The translations under genes were made by a program, and so were the position numbers. The notes under the pieces were generated by a model, which saw only the letters and a program-made list of their open reading frames with translations, was not told where the DNA came from and did not search any database. DNA of 62,551 bases, filler included. It is 11 parts of 11 records of this genome, joined end to end, with 100 filler letters (N's around TTAATTAATTAA, not from the genome) between each part and the next. Parts side by side here need not be neighbours in the genome. Positions count along the whole stretch, not along the records: positions 1 to 5,338 come from SRR7504441_11953; positions 5,439 to 8,954 come from SRR7504441_11954; positions 9,055 to 16,167 come from SRR7504441_11961; 8 more parts are not named here. One strand, 5' to 3'. Below, one piece after another: positions 1-12,300 of the stretch; position 1 is the first letter of the stretch; each line of letters opens with the position of its first letter.

Positions 1-243
1 AGGCCAAGGCCGGCGTCGAGGCCGGCGTCGACACGCAGCTGTGAGTGCCTCATTGGGTGCCCTCTGAGTTGGATGCACGGCGAATTGGTCTGTGCTTGTA
101 AGGAATATGTAAGTCAGCGCATTTATCCCGATTTGGAGCTCTTGGCGTGTGTGTGTCGTTGGACTATGAAAGCAGGAAAATACATTAATTTTATTTACAA
201 ACCCCCGCAATCTTGGACCGGCCGCGACATACTGGTAGATGGT

Positions 244-1548
244 TTAATCTTTGCGCATCATTCCCACATGCTCGAGCATCACAGCGCGCAGCTCCACCTC
301 ACACTCCGGGTCCCATTCCCGCAATTGTTGGACCAGCCGGGCATCGAACCCTTGCGCCCCATAAAACGCTCCACTCAGCTGCCCCGCCATGCATGAAATT
401 GAGTCTGCGTCCCCAAGCACATTCGCTGCCTTAACCACCGCCGCCGTGCCAGAATCCGTATGGAAAACTGCCCACAGCGCCGCGGCGAATCCGTCAAAAG
501 AATATGCACCAAAGTAGTCGGCGGACGGAGTATGGCCATTGTAACTCTCGCCGCGGTTTTCAAGCGTCCTCTCTATTTCGAGGCGTGTATTCCTCCAGTT
601 CCAGCAGCGCTCTGTGGACGCGTCGGGCTCGCCACTCTGGAGCAGCCTGCGTACGAGCGCCACCGCTGGCTCCTCCGGCAGTTCTGCTAGCATCAGCAGG
701 TATTCAGCCACACTCTGATCAATAAACTCCTGCACAGTCGACGGGTTGTCTGCTGCACGCACTATCGCCCGTCGCATCAGCCACGCAAACAGCCGGGCGA
801 GCTCCGCCGTGCAGGGTCCGTTCTGCGTGGCCATCGCGCTCTCGCCGGCCATGCGCATGCACTCGGCCTCACTCAGATGGCTGCTGAACACAGGCACCGC
901 AGCCAGCCGGATCACCGCCCCGTTCCCCTCATACTCCTTGTCGGACAAGCACACCGGGGGCGGCGGCTCGCCTTCTGTCAGCTCGAAGAGCATTCTGCGG
1001 GTGCCCTTGCCGCATCCGAGCGACTGCAGCGCCGCGTTGGGGTCGAGGCCGGCCTCGATCATGAATTCCCGGGTGGCCTGGTCGCCCATCCGGGCGGTGT
1101 CGTGCCGAAAGCCGTTATTGTATCCCTGGCAGTTCCAGTTCCACAGCCGGGCCACAAAGTCGGACCCGTCCAGCCCCCCGCAGCATATCAGAGAGTCCGC
1201 CAGGCAAAGTCCCATCGAAGCGTCATCCGTCCACTGCCCCGGCTTGAATCCGAACATGTTCCGAGGCGAGCCCCAGTACGCCCAGCTCTCCGGGTCAAAC
1301 CCGGCCGCCTCGGACTCGACCGGCATGAACTCGATTGGGGCGCCGACAGCGTCGCCAATCGCCATCCCGAGTATGCACCCGATGCACCGACTGCGCTGAG
1401 CGTTGGGCTGCTGGAGCAGTTGCTGCTTGAGGCCGGGAGGGAGCGGGTCGAAGATCGAAAATTCCACCAGCCCGCCGCCCACGCTGCCGCGCTCTCCCAC
1501 CTCCAGCCGCCGGCGATCCACTACGGCGACCGCCGCATCCAGCTCCAT
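244..1548 (-). CDS. ADP-ribosylglycohydrolase (ARH/DraG family), intronless
   Basis: 434-aa ORF with family motifs GxAIGDAVGAP, WTDD, GNGAVIR and GDADSI (Mg-binding Asp residues). Confidence 0.9.
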   Translation of the reverse strand: MELDAAVAVVDRRRLEVGERGSVGGGLVEFSIFDPLPPGLKQQLLQQPNAQRSRCIGCILGMAIGDAVGAPIEFMPVESEAAGFDPESWAYWGSPRNMFGFKPGQWTDDASMGLCLADSLICCGGLDGSDFVARLWNWNCQGYNNGFRHDTARMGDQATREFMIEAGLDPNAALQSLGCGKGTRRMLFELTEGEPPPPVCLSDKEYEGNGAVIRLAAVPVFSSHLSEAECMRMAGESAMATQNGPCTAELARLFAWLMRRAIVRAADNPSTVQEFIDQSVAEYLLMLAELPEEPAVALVRRLLQSGEPDASTERCWNWRNTRLEIERTLENRGESYNGHTPSADYFGAYSFDGFAAALWAVFHTDSGTAAVVKAANVLGDADSISCMAGQLSGAFYGAQGFDARLVQQLREWDPECEVELRAVMLEHVGMMRKD

Positions 1549-1621
1549 ACGTACACTCTGGAGACGTCACCGGCCTGGCCGACCGTTAATAACGGATTGC
1601 TCGCTCCGCCCTGTACTCTCA

Positions 1622-4600
1622 ATGGCCACCAAGGTGGATGCGGTGCAAGGTGACCGGTTAACCGACCTCGAGAACCGTCTCGAGGCGGTCAAGGACTACC
1701 AGCGGCAGATCGCATCCGCGATGCGCGCGCAGGACTACGGCCGGGCGGCCGAGCTCAAGAAGGAGATGACTTTGGCGGCTGAAGGACACGCCGGCGCTTC
1801 GTCGGCCGCTCGGGCGGGGCAGCCGGGCCAGGCAGTTGAGGATCGGCGCAGCACGGAGCGGCCACCGGCGTCGGAGGCGCTGCGGCGAGACTTGGATCGG
1901 TCCTGGGAGTAGTAGCGGCCGGCCGTTGATTGGCTGGGGCAGCGTGGCCCGCGGGATGAGCCAGCGGACGCAGAGCAACCTGGACACGACCATGGCCGGG
2001 GCCCGGCTGGAGGTGGTCACCCCGGAGGTGTGGGCCGGGACCGGGCCCGCCGAGCTGGGTCAGGGCCAGAGACTGCCCGCGCACTACCTCCAGCCGGGGA
2101 GCAGCACGGTGCACTGAGTGCTTGTGCCGCCCGATTGGTTGCAGGTGGGACGTCATCCGAGCTGCGACCTAACGCTTGCGGACCCGAGCAAGCAGCTCTC
2201 CCGGCGCCATCTCAAGGCGAGCCCCGGCCCGGCCGGCGCGAGCCGCTGCCAGATTGAGTTTGAAGCTGAAGGCCGTCCGACGCTTTGGGTACGCGTGACA
2301 TGCTGCCGGGTGCGGGACCGGGGGCAGGTAACCGACACGAGCGGTAACGGGTCTTGCCTGGACGGGAAGGAGCTGGAGTATAACACGAGGACCCGAGTGG
2401 AGCACGGAGGGGTTGTGCAGATTCCGGGGACCGACGCCGAGCGGAAGGGCGTGTGGAAGATCAGCTTTCTGGTGCAAGAGCAGGACACCGAACTTGACCA
2501 GTGGACAGTCTTCAACGAGCTCGACATGCGCGACGAGGCCGCTAATAGTATTATTACCACTACTGAGCGGGAGGCCAGGCCGATAAGATGATGTTGGCCA
2601 AGTTTCTCACGGAATTCGTCGCTGCGCTACAAGGACATAGGCGGCCGCCGGCGCTAGAGCGAGTGGGCTCTCTCGGGAGCCCGATAGCGAACAGAAAGGT
2701 GCCCGCCGGGCCGGCTCCGTGAGGCTCGTCAGGGCTTGTCAGAGGCCGAGACTCGTCAAGTATTCAGGATATGCTGCGACTCCCACGCCGGGGTGGGTCG
2801 ATGCTGATAATAATAATAGTGCAATGGGGGTCGGATTGAGGGAGCTGTTAGGTCAATAAGGAGCTGCTGGATACGGGCCTGGTGCTGAATCTCTGCCGCA
2901 AAGGCTCAAAACTGCTTCGGCGGCTCCCGACTGCGGTGCTGCCCGCCTGAGGCGGGCTCTGACCGGTGGCTAGATCGATCTAGACCCCCCTGACAGGCAA
3001 CGGCCGATCAAGGCGGGCTGCCGTTAGCATGCTAAATATAAACAGCGCCCCCCCAGGTGGTCGGCGATTTACATGGCAACATGCACGACCTTGTCGAGAT
3101 TCTACGGCTGTGTGAGTGGCCGAGCCCCGACAACAGGCTGCCGCACCGCCCGGCAACAGCTGATCGGCTGAGCCAGGTACGTGTTCGTTGGCGACTACGT
3201 GGACCGCGGCCCGTCCAGTCTAGAGGTCGTGATTGCACTGCTGGCGCTCTTGCTGGGTTGTGGCCCAGATGCGGTCACTCTGCTCCGCGGTGCCCGCTGC
3301 CTACCGGATTCGGGATCACCGGTGTGACAGGAAACCACGAGGATCCTGCAATCAACGGAGTCTACGGCTTCACAAAGGAAGTGCACAGCCGATTCGGAGA
3401 CGAGCGTGCCGCCGTGCTCAGATCCGTCAACGAGGCGACTGCTCGAGCTGGCCGGACTCACCCACAGCGCAGGTCTTCAGAGCGATGCCGCTGTGTGCGC
3501 GAGCCGGGCGCGCTGTTGTGATCTTTCACGGCGGGCCTCCTCGCCCGGTGGGCTGTGCGGGCTCGATCTGGCCTGAGCCCTGTGCCAGATGACTCCAGAC
3601 AAGCTCGAGGTTGTCGACTGGGAAAGACTAAACTCGATCGATCGCTTCTCGCTTAGCACGGTGTCGCGCACCAGTAGCGACGACGGCGTGCTAGCTCAGG
3701 ACATGCTGTGGTCAGACCCCCGCCCGGTGCCGCCCTCGTGGTAGTCGCGTGCTTACTGCGGGCAGCTGCGGAGCAAGGACTGGGGCCGGAAAGCGACGTG
3801 GACGCCGGCTGAGCCGGTACCCTTCTGGGACCCGGCAGCGCTGCTCGAGGCCAATTCACGTGGTGGCGGGTATGCAGATTGCTCTAGCGGGGGGCTGTGA
3901 AGGGAGGTAGGTTTATTTACTCGCCGGAGGTGGCCCTGTACTGGATGCATCTGCTCGAGGTCGGGTGCATAGCCCGGGGGCACGAGCTGTGCCAGCGAGG
4001 CTTTAGCTTCATGCCAGCCGGCGAGAGCACCGGTGCCGGGCGAGGGCGGGAGAGGCCTAGCCGGTGCCAGGCGTGTGGACGGTCTTCTCTGCCACCAATT
4101 ACCGCAAGAAGGGCACCAAGAACTCTGGGGCTGTGCTTGTGTTCGACAACAATCACGGTGCGCCAGCTCCCGGGCAAGAGTCGAGCCGTGACTAGGCACA
4201 CCCGACACGATCGTGTTTGAAAGCAAGGAGGTGGTCTCCTGCGAGACGGTTTGCGCGTAGCGTCCTCTGGGGGCGAGTGGTCGCGGGCCAGATGCAGAGC
4301 GCGAACCGGGAGGCTCTGGCGGCTGCAATTGCGAGCTGCAGCCAGCAGCTGAGCACCAAACTCGATCAACTAGCTGACAATGGGCTGGTCGACCTTGCCG
4401 ACTGGGGCCCCGTGATGGACTTGGTGCTCGGATTCACCCCAGGTGCCGGCAGAGTGCTCATCCTGCCAACCATTGGGTGCAGGAGCGGTCCATTGGGTCT
4501 CTCTAAGGGAGCAGATCGCGCCGGGTAATCAGCACCGGCGTCGAGCTCGGATCTGAAGCGCTGTGGCAGGGTGCATGGCCACGCCGAATCTGATGGATTA

Positions 4601-4970
4601 CCGCAAGTTTCTCGAGCTTTACCCGCAGCAGCTGCACCAAGCTGCTCCCGCCGACGCCGGCCCCAGGGCGGCTGTAGGGCTGGAGGACCTCTTTGGGTTC
4701 CTCGATGCTGATTCTAGTGGCGATATCTCCCGGGGCGAGTGGCTGCAAGGGTGCCGGTTGGGGCGGAGCGTCCGATCGATGTCCAGGTGTGCTTGGATGA
4801 ACTCGAGGCTGCCCGAGGAAGAGAGGGTGGACCCGGGGAAGCTATTTGAGATTCTGGATACCGATGCGAGCGGTGCGGGCCGGGCCGAGCCTAGCGGAGC
4901 GAGGGCAGGGTCGATCAATTTGGACGAGCTTGTGAGCACGTTCCGGCCTCCAGTCGAGAGGGGCGAGTAG
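1622..4970 (+). CDS. PPEF/RdgC-type Ser/Thr phosphatase with N-terminal UVR motif and FHA domain and C-terminal EF-hands (about 20 short introns)
   Basis: Hand splicing gives a UVR-like [39 protein letters not shown] motifs [41 protein letters not shown], and EF loops [12 protein letters not shown] and DTDASG|SINLDE. Some internal exon boundaries are uncertain. Confidence 0.85.
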
Positions 4971-5338
4971 CCACTGCCCATCGAGCCTTTGTCGGGCCTT
5001 TTGTTAATGTTATTATACAAGTAGTTAAACTCCTTATCCATGGTACATATCGTGTCCGGGAGCTCACTTATACCGTAGAATAAATAAATGATGACTTGTT
5101 TGCGTTGTTTGCCTTTTGTGAATCTTGTGTGAGAGTACCTATTCCTGCGGCTCAACCGAGGACCGTTGCGCGATGGAGGGCTGAGCGTTTGGGATGTGGC
5201 CTACGCGTAGAGAACGGGAGGAGTTGCGGCGACAGGGGGAGGGTCGGCGGGGGAGGGACGAGAATGGAACGCCCGAGAGGGCGACGGCCACGCCCGAGAG
5301 GGCGAACGTCACGGCGGGGGAGAAGCGTGCGGGGGGGG

Positions 5339-5438
5339 NNNNNNNNNNNNNNNNNNNNNNNNNNNNNNNNNNNNNNNNNNNNTTAATTAATTAANNNNNN
5401 NNNNNNNNNNNNNNNNNNNNNNNNNNNNNNNNNNNNNN
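5339..5438. other. Artificial contig spacer (N44-TTAATTAATTAA-N44). Identical spacers at 8955-9054, 16168-16267, 19410-19509, 29019-29118, 34806-34905, 39366-39465, 45587-45686, 49925-50024, 57130-57229
   Basis: Identical 100-nt blocks with a six-frame stop linker; genes are truncated at these points. Confidence 0.99.
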
Positions 5439-6584
5439 CGCATCAAAGATCGGCATGTCGACTTCGCATAGTCGGAATACTGTGAACAGTATTGAGATAT
5501 ACGGCCCCATTGCCCCTACCAGATACAGCAGAGACTTTCGCGAGATCTGAACGTCGCCCTGGCTCCCGCCCAGCTGGAGGAACATCAGGCCTATCATTAT
5601 CCCGATCCCACTAGACTGCACCAGCCCACCCAAAACGAGCGGCCTGTCCCGAGCTAGCCGTCGCCCGCCCCGGACTAGCAGCGCGGCCAGCTGCTGCAGG
5701 GCGGGGGCAGCCGGCACTGCCTCATACTCGAGCTCGGCTAGCGCCGGTGGCTGTTGCAGCAGAATCGGCTGTGCAGCCGCCACCTGCTCCAGCCGCGCCC
5801 TGGAGCGCTGCTCCTTGGACTCAGTTCGGGTGTCTACCGTGACTAGATCTATAATAAAGTCGGCCGGGTTGACACTGACCGGGCACCGGTGGCCCAGCTG
5901 GGACAAGTGTGCCGAGACTTGAGCCGGGGAGCCTATCGCTAGTGCCCGGCCTCCGGCTAGCAGGCACACCAGCCTGAACTGGGCGTAAATGTCGCTCCGG
6001 GGCTGATGGATCGAGCACACCACTGTGCAGCCCCCGGCGGCCAGCTCCGACAGCACCCGCACCACCCGCAGCGCCGCTGCCGCGTCCAGCCCGGTTGTCG
6101 GCTCGTCCAGGAATAGAACTCGCGGCTTGCTCACCAGCTGCACGCCGATCGCCAGCCGCCGCCGCTCGCCACCCGAGAGCTGACCCACCCGACCGGTCGC
6201 CCGTTCCAGCCCGAGCTGCGCCAGCGTGTCCGCCACCAGCGCCCGCCTCGCCGGCCCCGGCCAGCCCAGTCCGACCGCCGCTGCCCAGCTGAGCGTCTCT
6301 TTACAGCTGAGCCAGTCGGCCAGCCTCGGGTGCTGGAGCACATACCCCGAGTGGGCGGTCCGGCCGGTCGTCGGCCGCAGCTGGCCGGCCACCCGAACCT
6401 CTCCGCTGACGGCCACTCGGCCGAACAGCCGACCGGCGAGCACGTTTAGCAAGGAGGTCTTGCCGGCGCCGCTCGGGCCCATGATGGCCGCAAACCCGCC
6501 GGCCGGTAGCTCGAGCGAGAGGTCTGCGAGGATCTTGGCAGAGCCAGCCGCCACCGAGACCCCCGTCAGCGACAGGCTGGACAT
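5439..6584 (-). CDS. ABCG-family transporter (NBD then TMD), 3' end truncated by contig end
   Basis: Walker A GPSGAGKT, signature LSGGERRR, Walker B FLDEPTTGLD, SIHQPRS, then hydrophobic helices. Likely start MSSLSL at 6584 (alternative at 6651). Confidence 0.9.
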
Positions 6585-6714
6585 CGTCGTCGGTCCCCGG
6601 TCGTCGGCCGCGGGGTGAGATTCAGGCCAACCAACGGACTCAAACGTCATCGCGATCGAGGGTGCGGGATCGTAAGCGGTCAGGCGCGCACGCTGCAGTA
6701 GGAGGGTCAGCAGC

Positions 6715-8814
6715 ATGGAAGGCCTCAAGGTGCGGCCGGGGCTCCCGCCCGGCTGAGCCGCCCGGGGCCGCAGAAGCTTCACTTTTACCGAAAGACGCCT
6801 TTGGACCTGACCGAGGCCACTTCGTCCGGCGGTGCGCGCGCCCCAGGGGGCCAGGCCTGAGCGGCGGGCAGGGATAATCTCGATGTTGGCGCTGGTGATC
6901 ATGATGTACCTGTTCATCTCCCAGCTGGTCATGTTCTGGCAAGTCCAGATCACCACCGGTGCCCACCCCGCGGGCCGGGTGGTACGAGCCGGGTGGGCAG
7001 ACATAGTCATGGACAACTCGTCCGGGTCGCAAGCCACGATGGGGATCGATTTCGACGTCACCCTGGCTCGGCTCCCGTGCCAATACGCCAGCGTTGATGT
7101 GTTCGACATCCTGGTGGCTGCCCCCCTGTGCCGGCACCGGTGTGACAGCGGGCAGGGCACCGCAAGGATCAACGTCACTGAGGGCAAGCACAACTTCCAT
7201 GTGACCAAGACCCGAGTGGCCACCGAGATGGGCTCGATGCGCCGGGTCCCCGGTGCCGCGCTGCGACAGCCTGCGCGGGCTGAGCAGCGAAACAGGTGCG
7301 AAACTTGAGGTCGGTGCGCATGAGGCTTCGCCACGCGCTGAGAAGAAGACGCATCACGACAAGCATCAGGCGATCAAGGAGCTGAAGAAGTTCCCAGTCA
7401 GCGAGCATCGGTGCGGCCACAGCCTGACCCTAGCGCCGCTGCGTGCATAGTAGACAGCGTGGACCGGCTAGTGAGCCGTGTTGTGTGCAGCGATTGGGAC
7501 AAGGACTGGAATAAGGAGATTTACTCGTTCGAACTCACCTCCGAGAACTTCGAGGCCAAGCTGGCCAAGTACGACTTTGCCATGGTTGATTTCTTTGCGC
7601 CGTGGTGAGCCGCACTGCTGTGATCGGCGGCGTGAGAGAGCTGTGGCAGGTGCCATTGGTGTACACAGCTCAAGCCAGTGTGGGAGCACGCCACCGGGCT
7701 GGTCGAGAAGACCACGATGGACTATGGCGAGGACCCGAACGAGGGCTGGCACGGGTTCGCGAACCGGAAGGAGGGGATGTATCAGTGGGAGGAGTACAAC
7801 TCGCAGCACGAGCATTCACCCATGACACTGATGGACTTCCTCAATCAGAAGCGCGCCGAGACTGGGATGGGTGAGACGCCGTTGCATGGACGGAAGCGGG
7901 TGATCATGGCCAAGGTCGACTGTACGCTCCCCACGAACAGGGAGCTGTGTATGCAGCACCGGATCTTTGGATATCCCACTGTGAGGATCTACCGCAACGG
8001 GGCCACACATTCGTTCGAGGAGTATCAGGGCGATAGGACGGCCGAGGCATTTCTGAATTACGTGCACGAGCAAGTGCCGGAGATCCCGATGACTGAGGAC
8101 GAGGAGACCGAGGAGACGAGGCGTCGTGAATTAAAGGCTGAATTTCACGAGAACATGGACTCCGAGACACACGAGGGGTGCAACATTGTGGGCACGGTCG
8201 AGGTGAACAAAGTGCCGGGCAAACTGGTGTTTGCAGCGCACTCGAATTACCAGGATTTTGCTGTCAAAGAAGTTAACACGAGCCACACTCTGCATCACCT
8301 GTCGTTCCGGTCAGTCGTGGTGTCGGATGCTCACAAACACGGAGACATGACAGAGAAGCTGCTCCGTGTGCGACTCACCCGGCGCAAGTGGGAAGACAAA
8401 AAGAACTTGCTTCGGAACAGGCTCGCGAGCCACAAAGACAACGTGCTGCGATACCTCTGGCCTCTTGATAAGAAGCGTTTTGTATCTAAGGAGGCGCACC
8501 AGATATCGGAGCACTACATCAAAGTGGTCCACTCTCGGATGAGCCTGCTGAGCTACCCAGATTTCTCAGTCTACCAGATGCAAGCCCATTCAAACGCGTT
8601 TACTGAGGAAGGAACGCTCCCTACTACCAAAATTAGCTACGACGTTTCGCCTTTGAATGTGCAGTTGACCGAATCCAGGCGAAGCACTGCCGAGTTTCTG
8701 ACCGGCTTGTGTGCGATCATTGGTGGAGTGTTTACTGTAATTGGCCTTGTCGATTCCGTGTTGTTCCACGGGACAAAGCTGATAAAGAAGATGGAGCTAG
8801 GCAAGGCTGAGTAG
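6715..8814 (+). CDS. ERGIC/Erv41-Erv46 family protein with an inserted thioredoxin domain (PDI-C-like), multi-exon
   Basis: Spliced N-terminus MEGLK|KLHFYRKTPLDLTEATSSG|G, LPCQYASVDVFDIL, thioredoxin FFAPW|CHWC, EGCNIVGTVEVNKVPG, and C-terminal FLTGLCAIIGGVFTV..KKMELGK. Confidence 0.88.
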
Positions 8815-9054
8815 GGGGCTGGTGGGCACACTGTGCTGCACGCATTCAAGCTGTCGTCGTTATGACGAAGCATGCCAGGATTAGGGTGGCAAGGGGCTGC
8901 AATGACTACAACCTAGGGATCAGTGCCAATTGCCATTATTTTGGGCTATTTTTTNNNNNNNNNNNNNNNNNNNNNNNNNNNNNNNNNNNNNNNNNNNNTT
9001 AATTAATTAANNNNNNNNNNNNNNNNNNNNNNNNNNNNNNNNNNNNNNNNNNNN

Positions 9055-9286
9055 GTCTCCACCCGATCGTGTCGGAGTGCGGTGGCCAACATGACTGTAC
9101 GTGGTGGAGTTTCAAAAGCGAGGTCTACCCCACATCCACCTGCTTATCATCTTGGACAAGCAACACCGCATTTTGGTACACGAGGTTGACGAAATCGTGA
9201 GCTTTCGACTGGCTTTTGACGTGACCATTTTTTCGTGGTACAGCTTGTGAGCACTGCAGACTTGAAACAAAGAACAACAACAACAT
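9055..9286 (-). CDS. Possible 5' end of a secreted protein, truncated at contig end
   Basis: ATG followed by signal-peptide-like MLLLFFVSSLQCSQA and a plausible GT-AG intron near 9094-9128; no recognisable domain. Confidence 0.3.
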
Positions 9287-9321
9287 GTACAACAACAACG
9301 GCAGCGCGGCATCTCGGTGCC

Positions 9322-12300
9322 ATGTTCGCAGGGCTATTCGACGAGGAGGAAGGCGGCGAGGGCTGCTGGGACTATTCGACGGGCGGGCCGGCATACTTCC
9401 GGCCGACGCCGATCCCGGCCATCCCGGCCGCCCCGGACCCGCCGCGTGGTCCGGCCGGGTTCTCGGGGCTTGTGAACCTGGGGGCGACCTGCTACCTCAA
9501 CTCGCTGCTCCAGACGCTGTACATGACCCCAGAGCTCCGGCGCGGCCTGTTCGAGCTGCCTGACCAGCAGGTGGGGCCCCCGGGTGGCATCCTCTCCAGC
9601 GTGCGCAGGCCACAGCAGCCCAGGCAGCCGCTGACGGCCGGTGGCAGGCTGTTCGCGATGCTGGCCCGGGCCGACCGGCGGGCGGTGAGCCCGGAAGTGC
9701 TGACACAGGCGTTCGGCTGGGACGAGGGCCAGGTGCCAGGGCCTGGGTGTGTGAAGGGGGATTGGGCGGGAGGTCCGTATCCAACAAGACGCCCATGAGA
9801 TGCTCAGCCTGCTGATGGAGCAGATCGAGCTACAAGTGCCTCGCCCGCTCGATCGGCGGCGAGCGTTGCCGGGCAGACCGATGGGAGTGAGATGTCGGGG
9901 CTGCTGCCAAAACTGTACCGCGGCCGGCTGCAGTACGCCACTGAGTGAGCCGTCTGGGTTAGCAGTGTGAGGGTCGCCAGGTGCCTGAACTGCGGAAATA
10001 CCAAGAAACGAGAGGCAGATGAGTGGGGGCTCCCCGCGGTGATCGGGCCGCACCAGAGCCTGCAGGCCTGCCTGGAGGCGCTATTCTCCCGCGACGGCGA
10101 AGTGCTGGACGATCAGAACAAATATGAGTGCGAAAAGTGTGGCCAGCGGGTGGTCGGCAGGATAACGGTGGGCGCCTCGGCCAGCCCGTCAGTCACGCTG
10201 GGGACAGCTGACCCCGACAGTGCTCCCGCCGATGCTCTGGATCAATCTCAAGCGGTTCTCGTATAAGGTGACCAACGGGAACTTTGAAAGGATGAAACTA
10301 ACAGATAAGTTCGAGTTCAGCGAGCATTTGGAGCTTGACTGGCTGCTCCCTGGCGCACGGTATACTCTCGCGGCCGTGGTGATACACAGCGGCTCGGCTG
10401 GCGGCGGGCACTACCATGCGCTGATTAAGGACCAGCAGGACGAGGGCAACTGGCAGCTAGGTGCCACTGGGCTGATGGCAGCCAACGGAATCGGCCGCAG
10501 GCGAAGGCGCCCCTGCAGGGCAGCCGCCGGGGTGGTTTGACTATGACGACGACACCGTCACTCCGGTTCCTGCCAGCAAGCTCAAGGCGCAGTTCGAGGG
10601 GTGTGATCGAGCTGTATTTGCCACGATTGACCGCTGTCACAGAGCGTCGTCTGCATACATGTTGCTCTATCGTCGGTTGGATCCACAGCCGACCGCCGAC
10701 CCAGCACTCCCGCCGGCTAGCGAGATGGAGCTAGTCGCAGCGTCCAACAAGGAGCTCGAGGCCGCCCGAGAGGAGTACGAGCGAGAGAGCCACAAGATGC
10801 ATCTGACTGTGTTCTCTGAGTCCCAGTTTGAGCTGATCGACGGGCTGCTCCGATGTGGCGACCAGATTGAGCCGGCGGCACAGATACAAGTGGACGATCG
10901 GTTGGTTGTCGGCCGGGCGTCTGGCGATGGGCGGGCCAGGGCTGGTTGGTCTGAATTGATGAAGGCGATCGCAGAGGTTCAGCTCGAGACAGAAACGGGG
11001 GCAGTGCATGTGCTCGAAACGCTCAACGAGGTGCGACTAAGTTGCCGCGTCTCATCCGGGGGCAGTTGCCGTGGCCGAGTCGGCTGCTTGAGCCAGCAGG
11101 CGAGGCTTTGGGTGAGATGGCCGGCCTCGAGAATGGCTGTTCGCTGCTCTGCTGCAGCCAACCGTGCCCAGGTCATACTTTAGGGTTAGCGTTAGGGTTA
11201 GAAACCGTGCAAACACTGATGATTGTAACAGCCGGCAAGCCAATCAAGCTGACGCTAGTGCTGCTGCGTCGCGACAAGGAAGGCCGGATTGATGCAACGG
11301 AGGAGGAGCACCTTGTGGCTAGCACCCGCCTGCTGAGCGAGCTCAGTCCTGCCGTCGTCCACCCGGTATGCAATTAGCGCGGCGGCCAGGGCTGACCGGG
11401 CCGCAGCTCGCATTCGCTGACCCACCCGATGAGCCTCTTGAGCTAAGCCTGTCGCTGGCGGCCAACCAGCTGGATGACGGCTGCACAATCAGCCTGGAAG
11501 AGGCGGCGGAGCCTGGGGAACAGCCGCTAGCAGTCTGCCGACATCTGCTCGGGGAGACAATGATGGAGCTCACGGTCAAGAGCGAGCTTGGCAGCGGGCG
11601 GCTGATGCTTGCACGTGGCCTGGGCGTGGCGGAGCTCAAGAACCAGCTGTGGCAGAGGTTGGAGTGGCCAGTTGCACTGGGCGAGTGCCGGTTGCGCAAA
11701 GCGTCAGTGTCTGAAGACGGCGAATGGACAGTCGGTGGGCTGTTGGATGAGGCAGCGGACGAGAGCCTGCGCTCAGTGGAGCATATGCATCTGATTGGTG
11801 AGCTGGGCAGGCCGCCGGCTGACGGAGAGATATGCGTTGGCTGGGGGGTCGCTCAAGGTGGTGCGAGTGGGTTTGTGCTGGTCGATCCTAGCAGGACCAC
11901 GCTGGCAGGGCTAAAGCAGAAGCTGGTACAGGCGGCAGCGCTTCAGGTTGGGTTGGGTGAGCTGCGGCTGCGCGAGTGCGACGGGCTAGATTCACCAGGC
12001 GAGCTGTATAAGGACGAAACTAAGCTGGTCTGCCAGTGCAGTCTGCAGCAGGACGACTGGGTGATACTGGAGCACGGCAAGCCACCCGCTCGTGGACAAA
12101 TCCGGCTGCAGCTGAGTTGGCACACTGACCTCCTGCGTGTGCACGGGCCTGTCTCTGCAAATGTATCGGACTCTCTGCTCGATCTCAAACGAGGTGTGGC
12201 TGAGCAGTACGCTGATCAGCTGGAGGTGGAGGCGGATCCGAGCCGGATTCGGCTTCACAAGCTGCAACGGCGCAAGTGCGGCCCAATCCTTAAACCGGAT

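Noticed and set aside
244-1548. ARH as part of a toxin-antitoxin or defence operon, or a recent bacterial transfer
   Set aside because: No ADP-ribosyltransferase partner is nearby, composition matches the host, and other host genes are also intronless.
1622-4970. Frameshifted pseudogenes, or stop-codon recoding / alternative genetic code
   Set aside because: Nearly all breaks resolve as short GT-AG or GC-AG introns that restore conserved motifs under the standard code.
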